Origin: Mobula hypostoma
Lineage: Eukaryota
Assembly: GCF_963921235.1 (NCBI RefSeq)
Contig: NC_086100.1
Location: forward strand, 199,208,001-199,272,000
Reading direction: 5' to 3'
Length of the DNA: 64,000 nucleotides
How positions within the stretch are numbered: position 1 is the first letter of the stretch; each line of letters begins with the position of its first letter. A program made the position numbers and the translations under genes. The notes under the pieces are model-generated. The model made no database searches. It saw only the letters and a list, made by a program, of their open reading frames with translations, and was not told the DNA's origin. Below are positions 25,387 through 39,096 of the stretch, one piece after another.

Positions 25387-26410
25387 CTATAGCAATCATA
25401 ACATACAACAATTGTTAGACTGTGTTGACCAAAGGCAAATCTGACCTTAAGCATTACTTCTAAGCCTCGAAATACACCACAGCACAACATGAGCTCCTCA
25501 TTCTTTTTATGTCATCCTAGTGAGCTATCTTGAACCAAGGATAGAGCAGCAGCTCTGGCCAGACAGTAAGGTCCACAAGCAGGTACCATGATTGTTATCA
25601 AGCACACGACAGACCAGTTGCTACAACATGCCTACACTGGCTGTGATCAGCATCCAGCATAAACCAGGCGCATGAACAAGGTCTTTGATTCAACTCCAAG
25701 AAAGCTCGAACAATTTTCTTGTAGTTACAAAACTATATAGAATTTCTGAAAAGGTAAATGAGCCTGTAGTGCTCCATATGACTACACTCAGTGGAGATGG
25801 ACATGGCAACACTTCTGCCAATAGTAATTACTAGCATTGTTGCATATAAGGATAAAGTAGGAAATTTTCAGTTTATGACACTCAAAACTGCAATCCTCAA
25901 CACATCTTCAAAACAACACCCATACAAAGATCCTCCAACGAACTCAGCAGCTTGGCTGACTTCACACAGGATGTGATGCACTCTACATCCATCAAGATGC
26001 CTGTACGTTCAGTACTTCCACCGCCTGATGTGAACATCCCCAATGAAACATCACTTACCAAAAAAAATTAGCCCAGGCGGGTATCATGTAAGTGTTGACT
26101 GTGACCCACAAGAGGCTACAGGTACAGAGGTAACATTAAGCATCAAAAGGTTACACAGCCTGCCAGCACAGAACACGAGGCAAATTTTGGCAAACGAACT
26201 CTGGTAATGAGTTGGGTTGACTGATCAATAAACAGCACCTTGAATACTGTCAGCCCGACTGGCTCAGTACTGGATGAGAGAGCCTACTGCAGCACACTGA
26301 CTCATTAGTATGCCCACACAACCAAGAGACCTCTCCACATTGTAGAATCCCCAGTAAGGGGCATACAAACACAAATGCACCACAAACACTGTAACCTGAT
26401 AAATATTTAC

Positions 26411-26548
26411 CTTGTTGTGTGGTTTCAAGAACATTGAAGCTTTTACTCTTCCAAATCGGAAAGCAACCCAAAGGATGTCAACTTCAGTATAGCCATCCTC
26501 GGGTAGATTGCTTACGTGAACTAAATGGTCATATATACTGCGCCCATC
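26411..26548 (-). CDS. ZNF638: ZNF638 exon, RRM3 first half (DGRSIYDHLVHVSNLPEDGYTEVDILWVAFRFGRVKASMFLKPHNK)
   Basis: cacatag|GAT...AAG|gtaaat; 138 nt, phase 0-0; VHVSNLP RNP2 motif. Confidence 0.93.
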
Positions 26549-27139
26549 CTATGTGAAGAGAACGAGGAGACCAAGGGAAAAAAAAACAAGGTAACAATCG
26601 AGATGGCGAGTAACACTGCAATCAACATCGTAACAACTGAAATGGCGAGTAACACCTGTGCAGTCACAATACAGCTGCACCGGCGATTTCAAGCAATAGG
26701 GCTGTCAGGTCTTGGTGCCTACCTACTGAAGTTTTCCACCTGGGTTGGAGTTCAAAGTTCAAAGTAAATTTATTATCAAAGTATGTATATGTTACCATAT
26801 ACTACATTGAGATTCATTTTCTTGCAGGCATTTAAAGGAAAATAAAGAAATACAATAGAAATTATGAAAAATATACACAAGCAAAGACTGACAACCAACC
26901 AGTTACAGAAGGTAAATTGTGCAAATATTTAATAAAAAAAATGACAGCATGAATTGCAGAGTCCTTAAAAGTGAGCCCATAGGTTGTAAATTTTTCTGTT
27001 TTTGGGCATTGCTGTTTCCATACCAGACTGTGATGCAACCAGTTAGGATACTGTGCATCCATAAAAATTTGCCAAAGTTTTAAATGACAAGCCAAATCTA
27101 CGCAAAGTTCTAAGGATAGAGGCTGGTAGATAAACTGCT

Positions 27140-28205
27140 CTGTGCTGAGACTCAACACCCCTCTTTACAATTAGATCTTGGACTTCTTGACAAAAAGACC
27201 CCAGTCAGTCCAAATTGGCAACATCTCAAGCTCCATCATGCTGAGCAGTTCTCCCTCGGGCTGTGTGCTCAGCCCGCTACTGTTCGCGTTGCTGAATTAT
27301 GACTGCTCTGCCAGAGCCGCTCAAACTGCATCATGAAGTTCATTGATGATACCACAGTGGTTGTCTCATCAGTGACAACAATGAGTCGGCATAGAGAGAG
27401 GAAGGAGAGAGGCTTGTCAAATGGTGTGGGAACAACACAGAGTCTCAACGTGGACAAAGCTAAAGAGATGATTGGGTAGACATCAGGAAGGCACAAGTTG
27501 GCCTCTCTCCATTGCATATCAATGGCTCTGCTGTGGACAGAGTGAAGAGCACAGATCCTTGGTCTGCACCTAACGGATGATTGATCTAACCTGGACCCAC
27601 AACACCTCCTCATTGATCAATAAAGTTCAGCAGTGTCTGCACTTTCTGAGATTGAAATGTGCACGGCTCCCTGATCCCATTGTAGCAACTTAATACAGGA
27701 GCACCACTGAGAGTGTCCTGTCTGGCTGCATCACTATGTTGTACAGAAGCTGTAAGGCATAAGACTACAAAATCCTACAGAGCATAATGAAACCATCGAA
27801 AGGATCATCAGGGTCGCCCCCCACACTCCATTTGTGATACTTACTGGGAGCATTGTATATGAATGGCCCGAAGGATTGTTGACTCATCCTACAATCTCTT
27901 TGACCCACTACTGTCAGGAAGCAGGTACAGGAGCATCAGGACTAGGACTGTCAGACTGGGTAACAGCTTCTTCTCTCAGGCTCTGAGACTAATGAATACC
28001 CTGCAACTATTGAGGCTTCGTCACTTGGGACAGCAAGCTGTATACTGATTACTTGTGTTAAGCTCCACTTTGAATTATATTTAACAACTTACTTTTGGTA
28101 ACATTCTGTTTCATCTGCTGTGTGCGTTATGTGTTTTATGGGTGCGCTGTGGCATGGAGCAATGCTGTTTCATTTGGTTGAATGTATGTAGTCAGATGAC
28201 AAAAA
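27140..28205 (+). mobile_element. Rex/Babar-like LINE 3' part, degraded
   Basis: GCVLSPLLF, MKFIDDTTVV, SGSRYRSIRTRTVRLGNSFF remnants. Confidence 0.8.
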
Positions 28206-29468
28206 ACTTGATCTGGACAGGTCCTCTGATATGACAATCCTGAGGAATTTGATGCTACTGACCCGTTTTGCTGATGTTGAGGGAGAAGAGGCTGTTGCAG
28301 CGGTACCATTCAACCAAATTTTTAATCTCCCTCCTATATCTCGATTCGTCACCATCTTTGTTTCAGCCGACAACAGCAACGGGGGTTAAAAGCTTCTAGT
28401 ATCAGGGAGTGAACAACACAAACAGCCTACCCTAGTCCAAACACATAGCTGCCATGGCCAAGAAAGCTCAGTAACACTTCTACATTTTCAGGAGGCAAAA
28501 AGAAAACTTAGCACGTCTCCTTTGACCCTCACCAAAACTTATCAATGTTCCACAGAAAACATCCTATTGAAATGCACCTTGGCTTGGTCTGCCAGCTGTG
28601 CTGCCCGAGATCATAAAGAACCTGCAAGAAGTTATGCTGAGCTGTCTCCACATCACAGAAACCAGCCTCCCTCCAAGTGTCATACTTCTTGCTGCCTCGA
28701 TAAAGCAGCCAGCATAATCAAAGGCCCCACCCACCCTGGACATTCTCTCTTCTCCCCTTTCCCATCTGGGAGAAGATATACAAGTCTGAAAGCACATACC
28801 GCCAGACTCAAGGGCAGCTTCTATTCCACTGTTATAAGACTATTGAATGGTCCCCTAGTGCAATAAGATGGATTCTTGACCTCAAAATTTCCCCCATCAT
28901 GGCTTTGCGCCTTTTCGTCTGCCTGCACAGCATGTTCTTTGTATTTGTTACACTTTATTCTGCATTTTTGTTTCACCTTGTTCTACCTCAATTCACAATG
29001 TAATGATCTGCTCTGTATGAACTGTATGTAGCACTCTATTCTGCTATTGTTTGCCCTTGTGCTACCTCGATGCACTGTGATGAAATGATCTGTATGGATG
29101 GCATTAAAAAAGTTTCGACCTGCAGTTTAGTCATCTGAGGCTGTAGTACTCAGTACATGGGACAATAATAAACCAATTTCAACAGGGCTACTGTCTTAGC
29201 ACAATTCCAGTACCTCCAGCAGATTCCTGGCAAAGTTTCATGTGCAGTGACCAGTGGAAGATTGAGTCTGTAGAGTAGATCACAGCCAATCCCACACCAC
29301 CCTCATTATCAGGCACATAACTTACCCAAGTTATTTCCTTTTCATTTCTAGTTCCTTGGTCTGAAACACGAAATCCACTGAGAATCTTCCATAGTGACCA
29401 AGGTAAAGGACCATACATCTCAACAGCCAATCCCTTCCCATTGACAATATCCATAATAAGATACTTAC

Positions 29469-29516
29469 GTCTGGTTTAAACCCCGATTCTTCAACCATAT
29501 CCTTAAATATAACCTC
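29469..29516 (-). CDS. ZNF638: ZNF638 linker exon (EVIFKDMVEESGFKPD)
   Basis: tctgtctttag|GAG...GAC|gtaagt; 48 nt, phase 0-0. Confidence 0.88.
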
Positions 29517-30082
29517 CTAAAGACAGAAGAGATAATTGATTCTTAGTAAGCTCTAACTGTAATCAAATTGCACAAGCTGCAGATTTAGTTATTATTAAAC
29601 AATTTGCTACTTTCAAATTGCAAATATATCTTTTCCAATATCATAATCAAAAGAAAGAGGCCCTTTGGCCCAGCCAGTCCATGCCAACCAAGACATCCAT
29701 TTAATATTGTTCCATTTGCTAATGTTTGACCCGTGTACCTCTAAAACTCTCCTATCCATGTACTAGCCTCATTCTCTTCTGGTACCAGGTATCATATACT
29801 GACCTCTCTCGAGGTTTAAAAGTTGCCCCTCAGGTTCCTATTAAACCTCACCCTCTAGTTTTTGATTCCTCAGTACTGGGAAGACTGGGTCTTCACCTTA
29901 CCTAGACCCCTCATGATTTTATACAACTCCTTGTTCTCTTATGATTCAATGATTGAATTCTCAGTCTGCTCAATTTCTCCCCATAACTCGTCCAACTTAA
30001 TGGTATCTTTCCTGCAGAGTGATGATCAAAACTGAACACAATATTCCAAATGTAGCCACACCAATGTCTTGTACATTGCTAG

Positions 30083-30711
30083 TGTAAGGGGTTTCTTCTT
30101 TCATATTTGCTAAGGCTAATAAAATGGCTTCTCCGTAATGTTAATTGATGAGGTAATGTTCTCTGTAGCAGCTTGTTTGGGTTATAATTACTGATAACGG
30201 GAATTGTATTCATTTGCTAACTAATTGGGATAGATGTTATTCTTCGCAGATGAGAGATGAGAGAAATGCTATAAGCTGGGTGAGGATTAGACCCAAGAGT
30301 GAGTCCCAGGCCCAGGGTTTTCCTGGAGGAGAACAGAAGAGGAAAGACGAGCTGGATGCGCCCTGGTCGACCACCGTGGTTGGTCCCAGGCAGCGGGTCG
30401 AGGAGGTCGGAGGGGATCGAATGTGGGAAAGAAGACTCCATTAATTGAGCTCCAACGGTTGTGCATGAAGTGGTTGAACTTCGACAAGTCTGGCACCTTT
30501 TACTTTCCTTTTATATTGTATCTCTATTAATTACATAGTTCTAGTAAGATCTATAAAGTGTAATCTGTAAATCGTACATTGTGTGCTGTCTGTTAATTGG
30601 CGGTGTGGGGTACATCACACGGCATCCACACAAACTTGATAGCAGGGCCAAAGGCCGCTCCCCCTAGACGAAAGCGAGCTGAGTGAGCCTGAGGCTCACC
30701 AGGAGGCTACA
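30083..30711. mobile_element. Solo LTR (probably Gypsy-type)
   Basis: 629 bp with TGTAA...CTACA termini and an exact 4-bp target duplication ctag (30079-30082 and 30712-30715); interrupts a CR1 fragment. Confidence 0.85.
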
Positions 30712-31034
30712 CTAGCATCTATACTCAGTTCCTTGACTGATGAAGGTCACTGTGACCAAAGACTTCTTAGCCATCCGGTCTACCCATGACCTCATTTGCA
30801 ATTCCTGAGTCCACTTACCCAGCAGAACAAGGTCCCTTTGTAAATTCTGATAAGCACTTTCACTATGACACCCTCTACTTTAGTGTCATCTGCACCCTCC
30901 CGTAAAAGAGGACAAATGAAACCAATGTGTCAGCAGTTGATATTTTATCTGCACTTTATTCTACACCTATTTCAGTAGCAAAGAAGTTAACAACACTGTT
31001 AGCTACTGACGGACAATCTGTCTGCTTCTCTTAC

Positions 31035-31166
31035 CATGTCACTCAGATCCACATACTGATGTAGTATTTCCATACTGACAGCATTTCCTTCGAGCTTGAT
31101 CGTAGAAAGACGGTAGAACTCCACCATTTTTGTAGCTGCTTTCTTGCACGCCATTTCCAGGTATGC
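31035..31166 (-). CDS. ZNF638: ZNF638 exon, RRM2 second half (AYLEMACKKAATKMVEFYRLSTIKLEGNAVSMEILHQYVDLSDM)
   Basis: ttttacttgtaag|GCA...ATG|gtaaga; 132 nt, phase 0-0; matrin-family AYLEM RNP1. Confidence 0.93.
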
Positions 31167-31892
31167 CTTACAAGTAAAATAATATGTTTTAGTAAGAAGA
31201 AATTGGTGATGTAGCATAATATTGTTTCAAATTGTATTCATATTTCTGTAACTAGAAGGAAAGAAAGCTTAGCAGCTAGTGCAAGGCTTTATAGTGTCAG
31301 TGATCACCAACCGGGGTTCAATTCCCAATGTTCTTTGTAAGTTCTACCATGACTAAGTAGGTTTCCTTTGGGTGCTCTAGTTTCCTTCAGATTCCAAAGC
31401 TGTACGGTTGGGGCTAGGGGTAGCTAGCTGTGGGTATGCTATGTTGGTGCCAGAAGCAGTGCAATACTTGACAGCTGCCTCCAGCACATCCTTGAACTGC
31501 GTTGGTCATTAATGCAATCGACTCATTTCATGGTATGTGTTCATGTACATGTGACAAAGTTAATCTAGCTTTCTTTCAAAAGTCTCTGTAATTCTGTAAC
31601 TGCTTTCTCAATTCATCTCCCCCATTGCTTTATCACTTAAACACCACCATCAGATCTTCCCTCAAAGGTTTTACACAAGTACTAAATTTTGGCTTATTTT
31701 GTGTAATCTCTCCAAAGATGAAATATCTGCATGTGCTGTTCTGCCCCAATTGGGCTGCTTAGGTTTATAACTCCCTGCTCTCGTGTGTCCTGCTAACTTT
31801 GCCTTGGAATAAATGAAACTTGGACATTCTTCAATTAAATTAATGTTCTATATGCCAGACAAGATACTGGCCGACAAATCACTATTTATTTT

Positions 31893-34390
31893 GAACCATA
31901 GAAACCACAGAAAAACTACAGCACAGAAACAGGCCTTTTGGCCCTTCTCAGCTGTGCCGAACCATTTTCTGCCTAGTCCCACTGACCTGCACACGGACCA
32001 TATCCCTCCATACACCTCCCATCCACGTATCTGTCCAATTTATTCTTAAATGTTAAAAAAGAACCCGCATTTATCACCTCGTCAGGCAGCTCATTCCATA
32101 CTCCCACCACTCTCTGTGTGAAGAAGCCCTCCCTAATGTTCCCTTTAAACTTTTCCCCCTTCACCCTTAACCCATGTCCTCTGGTTTTTTTCTCCCCTTG
32201 CCTCAGTGGAAAAAGCCTGCTTGCACTCACTGTATCTATACCCATCATAATTTTATATACCTCTATCAAATCTCCCCTCATTCTTCTACGCTCCAGGGAA
32301 TAAAGTCCTAACCTATTCAACCTTTCTCTGTAACTGAGTTTCTCAAGTCCCGGCAACATCCTTGTAAACCTTCTCTGCACTCTTTCAACCTTATTAATAT
32401 CCTTCCTGTAATTTGGTGACCAAAACTGAACACAATACTCCAGAGTCGGCCTCACCAATGCCTTATACAACCTCATCATAACATTCCAGCTCTTATACTC
32501 AACACTGATTAATAAAGGCCGATGTACCAAAAGCTCTCTTTATGACCCTGTCTACTTGTGACGCCACTTTCAGGGAATTTTGTATCTGCATTCCCAGATC
32601 CCTCTGTTCTACTGCACTCCTCAGTGCCTTACCATTTACCCTGTATCTTCTACCTTGGTTTGTCCTTCCAAAGTGCAATACCTCACACTTGTCTGTACTA
32701 AACTTCATCTGCCATTTTTCAGCCCATTTTTCCAGTTGGTCCAAATCCCTCTGCAAGCTTTGAAAACCTTCCTCACTGTCCACTACGCCTCCAATCTTTG
32801 TATCATCAGCAAATTTGCTGATCCAATTTACCACATTATCATCCAGATCATTGATATAGATGACAAATAACAATGGACCCAGCACTGGTCCCCGTGGCAC
32901 ACCACTAGTCACAGGCCTCCACTCAGAGAAGCAATTCTCTACCACCACTCTTTGGCTTCTTCCATTGAGCCAATGTCTAATCCAATTTACCACCTCTCCA
33001 TGTATACCTAGCGACTGAATTTTCCTAACTAACCTCCCATGCAGGACCTTGTCAAAGACCTTACTGAAGTCCATGTAGACAACATCCACCGCCTTCCCTT
33101 CATCCACTTTCCTGGTAACCTCCTCAAAAAACTCCAATAGATTGGTCAAACGTGACCTACCACGCACAAAGCCATGTTGACTCTCCCTATTAAGTCCCTG
33201 TCTATCCAAATACTTGTAGATTCTGTCTCTTAGTACTCCCTCCAATAATTTTACCCACTACCGATGTCAAAATTACCGGCCTATAATTTCCCGGATTACT
33301 TTTCGATCCTTTTTTAAACAACGGAACAACACGAGCCATTCTCCAATCCTCCGGCACCTCTCCCATAGACACCGACATTTTAAATATATCTGCCAAGGCC
33401 CCTGCAATTTCAACACTAGTCTCCTTCAAGGTCCGAGGGAATACTGTCAGGTCCTAGGGATTTATCCACTTTAATTTGCCTCAAGATAGCAAGCACCTCC
33501 TCCTTTTCAATCTGTACAGTTTCCATGATCTCACTACTTGTTTCCCTTAATTCCATAGACTTCATGCCAGTTTCCTTAGTAAATACAGACGTAAAAAACC
33601 CATTTAAGATCTCCCCCATTTCTTTTGGTTCCGCACATAGCTGACCACCCTGATCTTCAAGAGGACCAATTTTATCCCTTACAATCCTTTTACTCTTAAT
33701 ATACCTGTAAAAGCTCTTTGGACTATCCTTCACTTTGACTGCCAAGGGAAACTCATGTCTTCTTTTAGCCCTCCTGATATCCTTAAGTATTTTCTTGCAC
33801 TTTTTATACTCCTCAAGCACCTTATTTACTCCGTTTCCTATACATGTCATACAACTCTCTCCTTTTTTTTTAAACCAGAGTTGCAATATCCCTTGAGAAC
33901 CAAGGCTCCTTATTCCTATTCACTTTGCCTTTAATCCTGACAGGAACATACAAGCTCTGCACTCTCAAAATTTCTCCTTTGAAGGCTTCCCACTTCCCAT
34001 AACCTGTCCCAATCCACACTTTTTAGATCCTTTCTCATTTCTTCAAATTTGGCCTTCTTCCAGTTTAGAACCTCAGCCCTAGGACCAGATCTATCTTTAT
34101 CCATGATCAAGTTGAAACTCATGGTGTTATGATCACTGGAGCCAAAGTGCTCCCTTACACACACTTCTGTCACTTGTCCTAACTCATTTCCTAATAGGAG
34201 ATCTAATATTGCATCCCCTCTAGTTGGTACCTCTATATTTTGATTTAGAAAACTTTCCTGAACACATTTTACAAACTCTAACCCACCTAGACCCCTAACA
34301 GTATGGGAGTCCCAATCAATATGTGGAAAATTAAAACCCCTACCACCACAACTTTATGTTTCCTGCAGTTGCCTGCTATCTCTCTGCAGA
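31893..34390 (-). mobile_element. CR1 LINE, about 2.5 kb, 5'-truncated, relatively well preserved ORF2
   Basis: HFGSSDHN (endonuclease end), PGNYRPV, QHGFVRGRS, YMDFSK, GVPRGPVLGP, KFADDTK, RVQRRFTRMLPG; few frameshifts; ttctatgg-type tail. Confidence 0.97.
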
Positions 34391-35170
34391 GGAGCTCACT
34401 ACTCATCTTCCTTAAACTCTTAACCTAATGTACACAATTTCTGAGCACCTACGTGACTAAGCAGAAGTACCTGAAATAAGCTGTTCATTTATTTTCCTCT
34501 GACAACTACGTTTACTTCAGTCAGAAGAACAGAGTTGGAGAGTGCAAAGGAATAAAGGCAAAATGAAAATGCAATTACAAAGAATGCATGCTATAGGCCA
34601 TATTTTATTATGAGTTTGAGGAGATTTGGTATATCACCAGAGACTACTAAATTTCTACAGACGTATCATGGAGCAAAATCCGAGAGGTTGCATCACCATC
34701 TTGTATGGAAGCACCAATGTACAAGATTTAAAAAAAGCTGCAGAGGTTCGTGAACTTAGCCAGCTCCATCATGGACACTAGCCTCCCTACCACACAGGCC
34801 ATCTTCAAACATACAATACCTTTAGAAGGCAGCATCCATTATTAAGAACCTCCACCATCCAGCACATGCCCTCTTCTCACTGCTACCAACAGGGAGATGG
34901 TACAAGAGTCTGAAGACACATATTTAACATTTTAGAAAAATCCTCTTCCCCTCTACCATCAGATTTCTGGATGGACCAAGAACCCAATAAACACTACCTC
35001 ACTCTTTGCTCTTGTTGCATATTTTTGAAAAAAAAATCTAGTTTATGCACTATACTCCTGCTGAAAAGAAAAACAAATTCCACAACACATCAGTGATAAC
35101 AAACCCGATTGTGATTTTGAAATCTAAGCTAAAATTAAATATGTATACTTACTGCTTGGCCAACACTCAC

Positions 35171-35311
35171 CTGGTTTTTGGAGAACGTGATAACCACGTT
35201 CAGCACTTCTCCAAAAGGCTTTGCTAATCTTTTCAGGTCTTCCTCTGTGTATCCTTTAGCTGGAAGGTTGCTAATTCGAATAACTCTACCCTTATCATTG
35301 GGGGAAACATT
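35171..35311 (-). CDS. ZNF638: ZNF638 exon, RRM2 first half (NVSPNDKGRVIRISNLPAKGYTEEDLKRLAKPFGEVLNVVITFSKNQ)
   Basis: ttttactttgtag|AAT...CAG|gtgagt; 141 nt, phase 0-0. Confidence 0.95.
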
Positions 35312-36231
35312 CTACAAAGTAAAAGGAAACCTTTGAGACTACTAATGTAAGTTGTAAGAAATCAGTTTAAGTTTAATTGTCATTCCACTGTACATGAATA
35401 CAGCCTAACAAATCAATGTTCCTACAGGGCTATGGTGCAAAGCACAGTAACACACACAAAAAAAATTAAAAATATAGCCCAGTCTCTGAGTGTCATGTCC
35501 TGTAGATTGATGGTGCATAGGATATTGCCCAAGAACAAGCCCTCAGCAGTCTGCTCATCACATGCTAGCGCAGCTGCAGACCAAAACAATCTAGCTCGCC
35601 TACCACCAAGCAAACACTGGAGAGCAGCACTGATAGAAGAGACCAGCCCTCAACCCATGCTCACCCTGCCATAAAATTATAGGTATCACATTTAAATTGA
35701 GGCAAAATACCAGTAAAATATCACAGGTTATGGTTCAAAATAGGAAAGTGACCTCAGTGATTCATTATTCTCCTCAGCATCCTATGCTCCGGGGAACATT
35801 TCTCAGCCTATAAGCTTTGCCACGCAACTAAGCCTCCCAGTAACACCTTCATGAATCTTTGCTGCACCTTTTCCAGTTTAATGACTTCCCTTCCTTTAGC
35901 TGACTGATCAGAATTACCACAATATTTCATGTATGGTCTGACTGATGACTTGTACAATTGCAACATAGCATTCAACTCCTGACCTATGAAGGCAAGGGTG
36001 CCAACTCCTCTTTTACCATTGTCTACCTGTGTCACCACTTTCCAAGTTTCTGTACTCCTTGGTCTTTGTTTTACAATACCCTCCTGGGCCATACCATCTT
36101 ATGTTTAAGCTCTGCCCTGGAGAACAGATTAAAATCCAATATATCATGCTCTTGTCAGGTTTATCTAGATCGTAATCTTGGAAAACCTTCTTCATTGGTC
36201 ACTACTCTACCAGTTTTGGAGTCATCATCAT

Positions 36232-36577
36232 CAGCGGTCCCCAACCTCCAGGCCGCAAAGAATGCAGCGGTAGCTGAGACGCGCCCAGCACATCTTTAAG
36301 AAAAAAGCTGAAATAAGCAAGCTAATTAATCAGATGCTGCCCAGCACGTAAATGTCGGCCCAGATCAGAGGCGATTGCCGATTGCGTAGAGCAAATGAAA
36401 TCGGCAATCGCCTCTGATCTGGGCCAACATTTACGTGCTGGGCAGCATCTGATTAATTAGCTTGTTTATTTCAGTTTTTTTCCTTAAAGATGTGCTGGGT
36501 GCGTCCTGGCTACCGCTGCACCCCTGCATGCTTCGTGGTCTGGTATCTGTCCGCGGCCCGGAGGTTGGGGACCACTG
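36232..36577. mobile_element. Palindromic hAT-like MITE
   Basis: Ends cagcggtccccaacctcc / ggaggttggggaccactg; the two arms are reverse complements over most of their length. Confidence 0.8.
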
Positions 36578-38069
36578 AACTATGTTATAGATTTGGATGG
36601 CAAACTGCAATGGCCCCAGCACTGAACACACTGGTCAAGGCCTCCAAACTGATAAAACAACCCTCCATTATCACGCTCTCTCCTTCCACTGAACTAATTT
36701 TGTATCCAACTGATCAGCTTACCATAGATCCCATGTGATCTAATCTTCCAGACTAACTCGCCAAGCAGAACCTTGCTGACGTCCTTGTAGACAACAACTA
36801 CTGCACTACCTTATTAATCTCCATTATCTCTTCAAAAAAATTCAAGCAAATTTGTCAGATATGTTTTTCCATGTACAAAGCCATGCTGACCATCTTTTGA
36901 AATGCTGGTAGATCCTGTCCCTCAGAATTCACCCCAGTAGCATTCCAACCACTGTTACAAAGGTTGACCAACTTATAGACTAAATTATAGGAGTCATAAA
37001 GTCACGCAGCAGAGAAAAAATCCCTTTAGCCCACCATGGTCATGCTGAACATCTATACCAATCCTATTACCCACATTTGGTCTGTAGCCCTCGCTGCCTT
37101 GGTGATGCCAATATTTGTCCAGATTCTTGAATGTTGCAACAGGATGTACCTCCACCACTTCCTCAGGCAGTGGCTCCAGATTCCAACGAGATGAGAAAGA
37201 CACCCGTCTCACCTGTACCTATCCCCTTCCATTTTAAAAACTCTCACTACAAACCTCCGCTAATAATTTGGTCTATCTCTATTAGGTCTCCCCCTCAGAA
37301 CCCTTGATTCAAGTAGCACAAAAAGCAAGCTAATCTAGCTTTCCTGTAAAATTGAAATGCACCAGTGTAACACACACACTGTGGACCATGCTCTTTTCTT
37401 CACTCCTGGCAAAGCCTGAGAAGAGATATCACTGTGACAATGAAATGTCTGTGACAAGAACCTTAGGCTTCAGTGCAACTTAAAAATGGATGTTAAAAAC
37501 ACACTGCTGCAATCATGAAGAAGGCACTCCAATAGCTATACTTCATTAGGACTTTGAAATTTGGCATTTCACCAACGACTTGCAAATTTCTACCGATGTA
37601 TGGTGCATCACCGCCTGGCAAGGAAACTCTAATGCACAGCATTGCAAGTGGCTGCAGAGGATTTGTGGACTCAATCCATCATGGGTACCACCCTCCCTAT
37701 TATCGAAAACATCTTCAAACGGTGGTACCTCAAGAAGGCAGCATGGAACATTAAGGCCCCTCACCATCCAGGACATGCTCTCTTCTTGATACTACCATTG
37801 GAGGGAAGGTACAGAAGCCTAAAAGCCACACTCAATGATTCAGGAACAGGTTCTCTCCCTCTGCCATCAGATTTCCAAACAGTCCATCAACACTACCTCA
37901 ATTTTCCTTTTGTTGGACACTATTTATTTTACAATTTATATTAATTTTAGTCTTTGCACTGACCTGCGGCCACAAAGCAACAAATTTGACATATCATAGT
38001 AGCCTGATTCTGAAATACTTTCAATTCTCTTGAGGAACAAACTAGCTTTAACAAGTGAATGGAACTGAC

Positions 38070-38116
38070 CTCAGACTCTGTCTTCTGCACTCCTGCAGTT
38101 TCATCTTCTTTCACTG
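38070..38116 (-). CDS. ZNF638: ZNF638 linker exon (TVKEDETAGVQKTESE)
   Basis: tttttatcag|CAG...GAG|gtcagt; 47 nt, phase 1-0; needed to restore phase between its neighbours. Confidence 0.82.
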
Positions 38117-39019
38117 CTGATAAAAAGTTAAAATAAACACCTTCAGCAACTTCCAACCTTCACACAGCAAGTTTAAAATTCAATAGTAACAACCTGATTT
38201 AAAGCTAAACAGTATTTTATCTCTAACACTATTGACACAGTTTGGTATTTCTGGTGAAGATATTAATTCTCATTAAGCAGTAATACATATTTCAGAACTG
38301 TAGAAGCCATCTGGACTGACATCCACTTATATCACTTGCTTTGATATCATTCTGAAGTAACTTTAGATATCTTGACTATTAAGAAGCACTGGTCAAGATG
38401 GCACTGAGCTACGATGACCATTAAAGTCATGGCTCAGACTTAGTTGTCTTTTCTAGGTTCAGAGATGGTTTTGGGGATAGCATTGGGAGTTACAATTCAA
38501 ATTAGATCTTAGGAAAAAGGAAGAGTTAGAGTAGATGAAGAGCCAGTGTTCTGAATCCAGGTCGGAGCACTATGCAGTCAAAGCTCACGGATCCCGGAAG
38601 TTGGATCAGCTTGTCGCAGGTTGAAGGTCTATAGTGGTGTAAGTCATGAGGACCAATGAACACTCCCAGGTCACCAGGGTTGGAAGCCCATGTGAATCCA
38701 CAACTCAGGGCCCAAAGATCAAACCATGATCGGAGAGCCTTGGGGTCAATACCCAGGGGTCGGCAAAGTCTGAGCAATTTGTTAATATTTTATGAACAGA
38801 GCATCACTTGACTGGGGCACACTCTTTGCACCTGAAATTGCAATACAGGTGTAATGCTTTGGTTCACATCTTTACTGTTATGCTGTAGGTATTTCATTTA
38901 GCAGGGTAAAACGGCACTGGATAATAGACAGCACTTGATTCAAATCATACCCAACTCATATCAACCCCAAGCTGAAAACTATCCCATCTTTATAAATCCT
39001 CTTCAGGATATTATCTTAC

Positions 39020-39096
39020 TTGCATCAGCTGAAGACGGAGTGGTGGCTTCTGTAGTTGTCTGAGGGACAGCACTAGTGTCTGCAGTGTTCTCTTTC
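39020..39096 (-). CDS. ZNF638: ZNF638 linker exon (EKENTADTSAVPQTTTEATTPSSADA)
   Basis: tctgccttag|G...A|gtaaga; 77 nt, phase 2-1. Confidence 0.85.
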
